Notes under the pieces: model-generated | Told to the model about the DNA's origin: nothing | Seen by the model: only the letters and a program-made list of their open reading frames with translations | Databases searched by the model: none | In this document: positions 59,238-64,000 of the stretch, piece by piece | How positions within the stretch are numbered: position 1 is the stretch's first letter | Layout: each line of letters starts with the position of its first letter | Virus record (IMG/VR): IMGVR_UViG_3300017917_000693 | Location: 7,143 to 71,142 of that record | Source: a virus | Strand: one strand, 5' to 3' | Length of the DNA: 64,000 nt | Translations under genes and position numbers: made by a program

Positions 59238-60119
59238 GTGAAAAAACACAATTACCTAAACAATAAAGACATACTAAAAGAAATACATAAAAGCAAGTTA
59301 ACCTACTGTAGTTTTATTGATCCAAGTGTTACCAGTTACGATGTTATTGTAACTAGTGTAGACAAAATTAATAAGAAATCTGTGTCAGAAGCACGTAAAC
59401 TGCGTGCCGAGCGTCTGGCTAAAGAAGCGCAGGATGCTGAATTAGCCTTGGGTAATAAGCGCAAACTAGATGAATTTTTAAAGCCTGCGTCTGAAATACC
59501 AGTAACTGATGTAGTTTTCCGAGTAATGACCTGGGAACATATACCAATTGATGAAGCCAAGCAAAAGAAAGCAGATGCTAAACTTCGTGAAGAACTAGAA
59601 GACGACGATTTATTTGAAACAGAATATGATGATCCTAGTCTTACTCCTAAAGCGCCAGCAAAATACGTTAAGGTAAACTTTCCTCCGTTCCAACACTATC
59701 GTGTTTTAGAAGATTATAGTCCTTACTGTGTAGGCAAGAGTCATTGGGCCAAAGGATTAACTCCCGGGGAGTTTTCAAAAGACCACGGTCAGATGACTCC
59801 TAAACTAGCACACATGTTTATTAAACTGTGTGAACGTTATGCTACTCGTAGCAACTGGCGTGGTTATACCTACAATGACGAAATGCGATCACAGGCATTA
59901 CTACAGTTAAGTCAAATTGGTCTACAGTTTGATGAATCAAAAAGTCAAAATCCATTTGCCTACTACACAGCGGCAATTACCAACAGTTTCACCCGAGTTC
60001 TAAATATTGAAAAGCGCAATCAAAACATCCGCGATGATATTTTAGAAATGAACAACTACACACCTAGCTATACTCGTCAAGGCGAGTGGGGTGGCGGTGG
60101 TTGGGGTGCTGATGACTAA
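59238..60119 (+). CDS. gp55: late-transcription sigma factor, T4 gp55-like
   Basis: NYLNNK, NWRGYTYNDEM and FDESKSQNPFAYYT...NSF.R.L..EK motifs; T4-like gp55-gp47-gp46 gene order. Confidence 0.8.
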   Translation: MKKHNYLNNKDILKEIHKSKLTYCSFIDPSVTSYDVIVTSVDKINKKSVSEARKLRAERLAKEAQDAELALGNKRKLDEFLKPASEIPVTDVVFRVMTWEHIPIDEAKQKKADAKLREELEDDDLFETEYDDPSLTPKAPAKYVKVNFPPFQHYRVLEDYSPYCVGKSHWAKGLTPGEFSKDHGQMTPKLAHMFIKLCERYATRSNWRGYTYNDEMRSQALLQLSQIGLQFDESKSQNPFAYYTAAITNSFTRVLNIEKRNQNIRDDILEMNNYTPSYTRQGEWGGGGWGADD

Positions 60120-60171
60120 TTTGGTAATCTTTAATTCGACCTTGTAGCCAGGATTCATATACACTAAACTT

Positions 60172-61188
60172 ATGGCAAATTTATTTAAAAAAGCGGCTGT
60201 TTGCACGGACATTCATTTTGGATTAAAGTCAAACAGTCAGCTACATAATGACGACTGTTTAAATTTCATCAAGTGGTTCATTGCTAAAGCTAAAGAAGAA
60301 GGTTGCGAAACCTGTTTCTTTTTAGGTGACTGGCATAACAACCGTGCGGCAATTAACATTGTTACGCTCAATTACAGCTTACGTGCCCTGGAGTTACTAA
60401 ATGACGCTTTCGATATTGTATACTTTATTCCTGGTAATCACGATTTGTACTATCGTGACAAGCGTGATATACAGAGTGTTGAGTGGGCTCGTCATCTTCC
60501 AAATGTACAGATTGTCAACGATTGGTTTAACGATAGCGATGTTGTCATTGCTCCTTGGCTTGTTGGCGACGATCATAAACGCATACCTAAGTTAAACGCC
60601 AAGTATGTGTTTGGGCACTTTGAACTGCCACACTTCTACATGAATGCTATGGTACAGATGCCCGACCACGGTGAGCTTAAACGCGAGGACTTTGGCCATA
60701 TTGATCATGTGTTTAGTGGGCACTTCCACAAACGTCAAACACACAAGAACATTACCTATATTGGTAACTGTTTCCCACACAATTATGCCGATGCCGGGGA
60801 TGATGAACGTGGCATGATGATCTTAGAGTGGGGACAAGAACCCAAATATCACAGCTGGACTGATCAGCCCAAGTATCGTGTGTACAATCTAAGTGATGTA
60901 CTACGCACACCAGAGTCATTATTGTTGCCAGGTATGCACTGTCGTGTAAACATTGATATAGATATTACCTACGAAGAAGCAACATTTATTAAAGAAACCT
61001 TTGTAGGCACACACAGTCTACGTGAACTTACTCTAATACCATCTAAGAAATCAGACTTAGGACAGGATATTGTCTTAGGCAATGTACAGTTTGAAAGCAT
61101 TGATACTATTGTCACAAACAATCTCACTAACATCAACAGCGATCACTATGATCCTAAACTATTGCTAGACATCTATAGGCATCTTTAA
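60172..61188 (+). CDS. gp47: recombination nuclease, gp47/SbcD/Mre11 family
   Basis: DIHFG, LGDW, GNHD, GHFE and SGHFH metallophosphoesterase motifs. Confidence 0.92.
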   Translation: MANLFKKAAVCTDIHFGLKSNSQLHNDDCLNFIKWFIAKAKEEGCETCFFLGDWHNNRAAINIVTLNYSLRALELLNDAFDIVYFIPGNHDLYYRDKRDIQSVEWARHLPNVQIVNDWFNDSDVVIAPWLVGDDHKRIPKLNAKYVFGHFELPHFYMNAMVQMPDHGELKREDFGHIDHVFSGHFHKRQTHKNITYIGNCFPHNYADAGDDERGMMILEWGQEPKYHSWTDQPKYRVYNLSDVLRTPESLLLPGMHCRVNIDIDITYEEATFIKETFVGTHSLRELTLIPSKKSDLGQDIVLGNVQFESIDTIVTNNLTNINSDHYDPKLLLDIYRHL

Positions 61189-62960
61189 TGTTCAGAATTA
61201 AGCATTTAACAGTTAAAAACTTTATGAGTGTAGGTAATGCTACACAGGCAGTGAACTTTGACCGCAAAGACTTGACTTTAGTCTTGGGTGAAAACATTGA
61301 CCTAGGAGGCGATGACAGTGGCGCACGTAATGGTACAGGCAAAACCACTATCATTAATGCCTTGTCATATGCGCTTTATGGTAATGCCTTAACTAATATT
61401 CGTAAAGATAACTTAATCAACAAAACTAACGGTAAGAACATGTTAGTTACTATTGAATTTGAAGTTAACGGTGTAGACTACAAGATTGAACGTGGGCGTA
61501 AATCAAATGTCTTGAAGTTTTATATTGGCGACATTGAGCAAGAATCAAAAGATGATAACAGTCAAGGCGATTCAAGAGAAACACAGCAGGAAATAGAACG
61601 CTTGCTAGGTATGAGCCACGACATGTTTAAACACATTGTGGCTTTGAACACATACACTGAACCATTTCTAAGTCTTAAGTCGGGTGACCAACGTGCTATT
61701 ATTGAACAGTTATTGGGTATTACCTTACTGTCTGAAAAAGCAGAAGCACTAAAAGAACAACAAAAGGCCACCCGCGATGCTATTACCCAAGAAGAGTTTA
61801 ACATCAAAGCTATTCAAGATGCTAATAAGCGTATCGAAGAGCAGATTGTTAGCCTTGAGCGTAGACAAAACCTGTGGCGCACTAAACATGCAGAAGATGT
61901 CGGTAAGTTAGAAACTGCTATTGAGCAACTAGCACACATAGATATTGATCAAGAAATTGCCGCGCACAAGGCACTAACTGCTTACAATCAAAAGCGTAAA
62001 GACATAGATGATACTAAGAAGTATATCCTGCGCTGTGAACAGGACATGGTTAAAGAAGAAAAGAATATACAGAAGTTAGAAAAAGAAATTGCTGACTTAA
62101 AAGAACACAAGTGTTATGCCTGTGGCCAAGAACTACATGACAGCAAGCACGAAGAAGTCCTAAAGGCCAAAGAAGAAGCATTAAAAGAAGCGGCACTACA
62201 GTATCTCAGCACACAAACACAGTATACAGAACACAATGACAAGCTCACTGAACTAGGTGAACTAGGTGCGCAGCCGCAGGTGTTTTATGATCACGAAGAA
62301 GATGCTATTCATCATCGTAGCACTGTAGCTAGTTTACAGCAACAGTTAGAAACCAAGCGTGTAGAAGTAGACCCCTACACTGAGCAGATTGAAGAAATGC
62401 GTCATACTGCCTTAGCTGAAATAGATTATACCGCTATGAATGAACTAGCAAGAGTGCGTGATCATCAAGAGTTCTTGTACAAACTATTAACTAACAAAGA
62501 CAGTTACATTCGTAAACGTATTATTGATCAGAACTTAAGCTATTTAAATGCTCGACTAAGCTATTATCTAGATAAAATTGGCCTACCACATGAAGTTAAG
62601 TTCTTAAATGATTTAAGTGTAGAAATTCAAGAGCTAGGACGTGAGCTAGACTTTGACAACTTAAGTCGCGGCGAGCGTAATCGATTAATTTTATCATTAT
62701 CATGGGCATTCCGTGATGTGTGGGAAAGTTTGTATCAACCTATTAACTTATTATTCATTGATGAGTTAGTTGATAGTGGCATGGATACATCGGGTGTAGA
62801 AAATAGTCTTGCTATTCTTAAGAAGATGACACGTGAAAATAACAAGAGCGTATGGCTAGTGTCACACAAAGATGAACTAGCAGGTCGTGTAAACAACATT
62901 CTTACAGTAGTTAAAGAAAATGGTTTTACCACATATAACACCGACGTAGATGTAAGTTAA
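61188..62960 (+). CDS. gp46: recombination ATPase, gp46/SbcC/Rad50 family
   Basis: KNFMS, Walker A NGTGKTT, zinc hook CYACGQ, signature LSRGE, Walker B LLFIDE and VSH. Confidence 0.93.
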   Translation: MFRIKHLTVKNFMSVGNATQAVNFDRKDLTLVLGENIDLGGDDSGARNGTGKTTIINALSYALYGNALTNIRKDNLINKTNGKNMLVTIEFEVNGVDYKIERGRKSNVLKFYIGDIEQESKDDNSQGDSRETQQEIERLLGMSHDMFKHIVALNTYTEPFLSLKSGDQRAIIEQLLGITLLSEKAEALKEQQKATRDAITQEEFNIKAIQDANKRIEEQIVSLERRQNLWRTKHAEDVGKLETAIEQLAHIDIDQEIAAHKALTAYNQKRKDIDDTKKYILRCEQDMVKEEKNIQKLEKEIADLKEHKCYACGQELHDSKHEEVLKAKEEALKEAALQYLSTQTQYTEHNDKLTELGELGAQPQVFYDHEEDAIHHRSTVASLQQQLETKRVEVDPYTEQIEEMRHTALAEIDYTAMNELARVRDHQEFLYKLLTNKDSYIRKRIIDQNLSYLNARLSYYLDKIGLPHEVKFLNDLSVEIQELGRELDFDNLSRGERNRLILSLSWAFRDVWESLYQPINLLFIDELVDSGMDTSGVENSLAILKKMTRENNKSVWLVSHKDELAGRVNNILTVVKENGFTTYNTDVDVS

Positions 62961-62983
62961 TATATAAAGTATAGGAGATAACA

Positions 62984-63148
62984 ATGGCAGTTAAAAAAGC
63001 ACACCCAATGCAGACTCGTACAGGCAAACCTAGACTAGGTCCGCTCAATATCAAACAACTAGAAGCATTGTTAGAAAAGACTTCACAAAAGAAGATCAAA
63101 GCGAAAATTCGCAATGAAATCACTCGCAAACAAGCGATGTTTAATTAA
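62984..63148 (+). CDS. small basic protein (54 aa; not in the ORF track)
   Basis: MAVKKAHPMQTRTGKPRLGPLNIKQLEALLEKTSQKKIKAKIRNEITRKQAMFN; AGGAG RBS. Confidence 0.7.
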   Translation: MAVKKAHPMQTRTGKPRLGPLNIKQLEALLEKTSQKKIKAKIRNEITRKQAMFN

Positions 63149-63159
63149 GGAGACCTTAA

Positions 63160-63351
63160 ATGGCAACAACACATGAACAAATTGTAGCGGCATATGAAGC
63201 ATACGTCGCAGAAAATGAAAAATTTGAAGGCAAGGGCGTGGGCGCAGCAGGTACACGTGCTCGTGGAGCATTAGGCGACTTAGGCAAGCTAGCCAAAGCT
63301 CGTCGTGCAGAAATTCAAGAAAAGAAGAATGCAGCCAAGGCAGCAAAATAA
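63160..63351 (+). CDS. histone H1-like (Hc1-family) DNA-binding protein
   Basis: EKFE.KG..AAG.RAR..L..L.K..KA.R motif typical of the Hc1 N-terminal domain; AAGGAG RBS. Confidence 0.7.
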   Translation: MATTHEQIVAAYEAYVAENEKFEGKGVGAAGTRARGALGDLGKLAKARRAEIQEKKNAAKAAK

Positions 63352-63359
63352 ATAGCATT

Positions 63360-63791
63360 ATGGCATCATATGAATATCCTTGGATTTACAACGGTAAGGC
63401 TTTTGAATCTGAGGATATTCAAAACTATCACGGTTTTATCTACAGAATTACAAACACAACTAATGGCCACGATTACATTGGCCGCAAATATTTTATTACG
63501 GTTAAAAAGAGACCACCTCTTAAAGGCAAGAAAAACAAACGTAGAGAAACAGTAGAAACTGATTGGAAAGACTACTGGGGCTCTAGTCCAAGGCTACTAC
63601 AAGACATCGAAACACTAGGCAAAGATAAATTTACACGCGAAATAATACATTTGTGCAGCTCTAAGGGCGAGACAAATTATCTAGAAGCGTACTATCAATT
63701 CAAAGAAAACGTTCTATTACGTGAAGACAACTACAACGGCATTATTCAAATACGCTTAGGCAAAAATTCAGTAAAAGATTTAAAGTTGTAA
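63360..63791 (+). CDS. stand-alone GIY-YIG nuclease-domain protein
   Basis: GFIYRITN..NG..YIGRK, Y.GS, F.REI, E and YN motifs; preceded by TAAATA-N5-ATG. Confidence 0.8.
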   Translation: MASYEYPWIYNGKAFESEDIQNYHGFIYRITNTTNGHDYIGRKYFITVKKRPPLKGKKNKRRETVETDWKDYWGSSPRLLQDIETLGKDKFTREIIHLCSSKGETNYLEAYYQFKENVLLREDNYNGIIQIRLGKNSVKDLKL

Positions 63792-63799
63792 AATTTACA

Positions 63800-64000
63800 G
63801 CCACTATTGCAGACAAGTTCTGTGTTCAGAGGTGATGGCGCTCGCGTAATGGCCGCGCTTGGAACGTGTAGAGTAGACTACACACTGAACGGCATTGGCA
63901 TTTCAATTAGGTGTAAAAACCGAAAGATCCGGGCTCCGTAACATATCGACCCGGGAGCAAAACATCAGTTGGCTAACTACGGCTGAGTGAGCTACCGCCA
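63800..64000 (+). ncRNA. putative structured non-coding RNA or cis element, truncated by the window end
   Basis: No ORF and higher GC than the flanking genes. Several stems: GTTCAG/CTGAAC, GTGTAG/CTACAC, CCGGG/CCCGG, TCAGTTG/CGGCTGA (G-U pairs) and long-range TGGCG/CGCCA. Confidence 0.45.

Noticed and set aside
60136-60171. Possible sigma70 promoter for gp47 (TCGACC-N18-TACACT)
   Set aside because: Both boxes deviate from consensus and the spacing is suboptimal, so it is too weak to call.
488-63555. Many short antisense or alternate-frame ORFs in the track (for example 488-736, 12598-13167, 33796-34209, 54364-54936)
   Set aside because: They lie wholly within well-supported genes, lack an RBS or motifs, and mirror the codon bias or repeats of the real gene.
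63360-63791. Intron-encoded homing endonuclease within a group I intron
   Set aside because: The upstream Hc1-like gene is complete with its own stop, no split gene is evident, and I could not identify group I core elements in the visible sequence.
63920-63990. Resemblance to bacterial RNase P RNA (GAAAGATCCGGGCTCC...ACCCGGGAGCAA versus E. coli GAAAGTCCGGGCTCC...ACCCGGAGCAA)
   Set aside because: The CR-I consensus GAGGAAAGUCC is broken, the specificity domain would be missing, and CR-IV/CR-V are not clearly present in the window. I kept it only as an unclassified structured element pending an Infernal search.
1-64000. Stop-codon reassignment as seen in some large phages
   Set aside because: Genes up to 13.8 kb are uninterrupted in the standard code, and TAA, TAG and TGA all end genes at tight junctions.

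Overview
The window is a gene-dense segment of a large lytic myovirus-type (T4-like/jumbo) phage genome in the standard genetic code. I found no tRNA, rRNA, CRISPR array or transposase. From left to right: (1) 1-8.6 kb, + strand: small early/middle genes, including a VWA-metallopeptidase, a fatty-acid desaturase, an ArfA-like peptide, DHFR and ThyA. (2) 8.6-28.3 kb: a roughly 20 kb tailoring-enzyme island. It holds an NDP-sugar epimerase/dehydratase and a DegT aminotransferase on +. On - is a tightly overlapping operon of GT8-like and GT-A-like glycosyltransferases, six tandem N-terminal-twitch radical SAM enzymes, an SGNH protein, a carbamoyltransferase, an APS-kinase-like protein, dCMP deaminase and an 872-aa multi-module GT-like protein. 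(3) 28.4-59.2 kb, - strand: tail fibre and baseplate genes, including a 4600-aa virion protein and gp6-, gp25-, gp5-, gp27-, gp53- and gp48/54-like proteins. (4) 59.2-64 kb, + strand: gp55-like late sigma factor, gp47/gp46, small basic proteins, a GIY-YIG nuclease and the start of a structured non-coding region. The best candidate for an undescribed system is a phage-encoded virion glycosylation/decoration pathway, because the enzyme island abuts structural genes whose products are very rich in [A/G/S]-N-[V/I/L]-[S/T] motifs. Product calls rest on motif recognition by eye; no database search was run.
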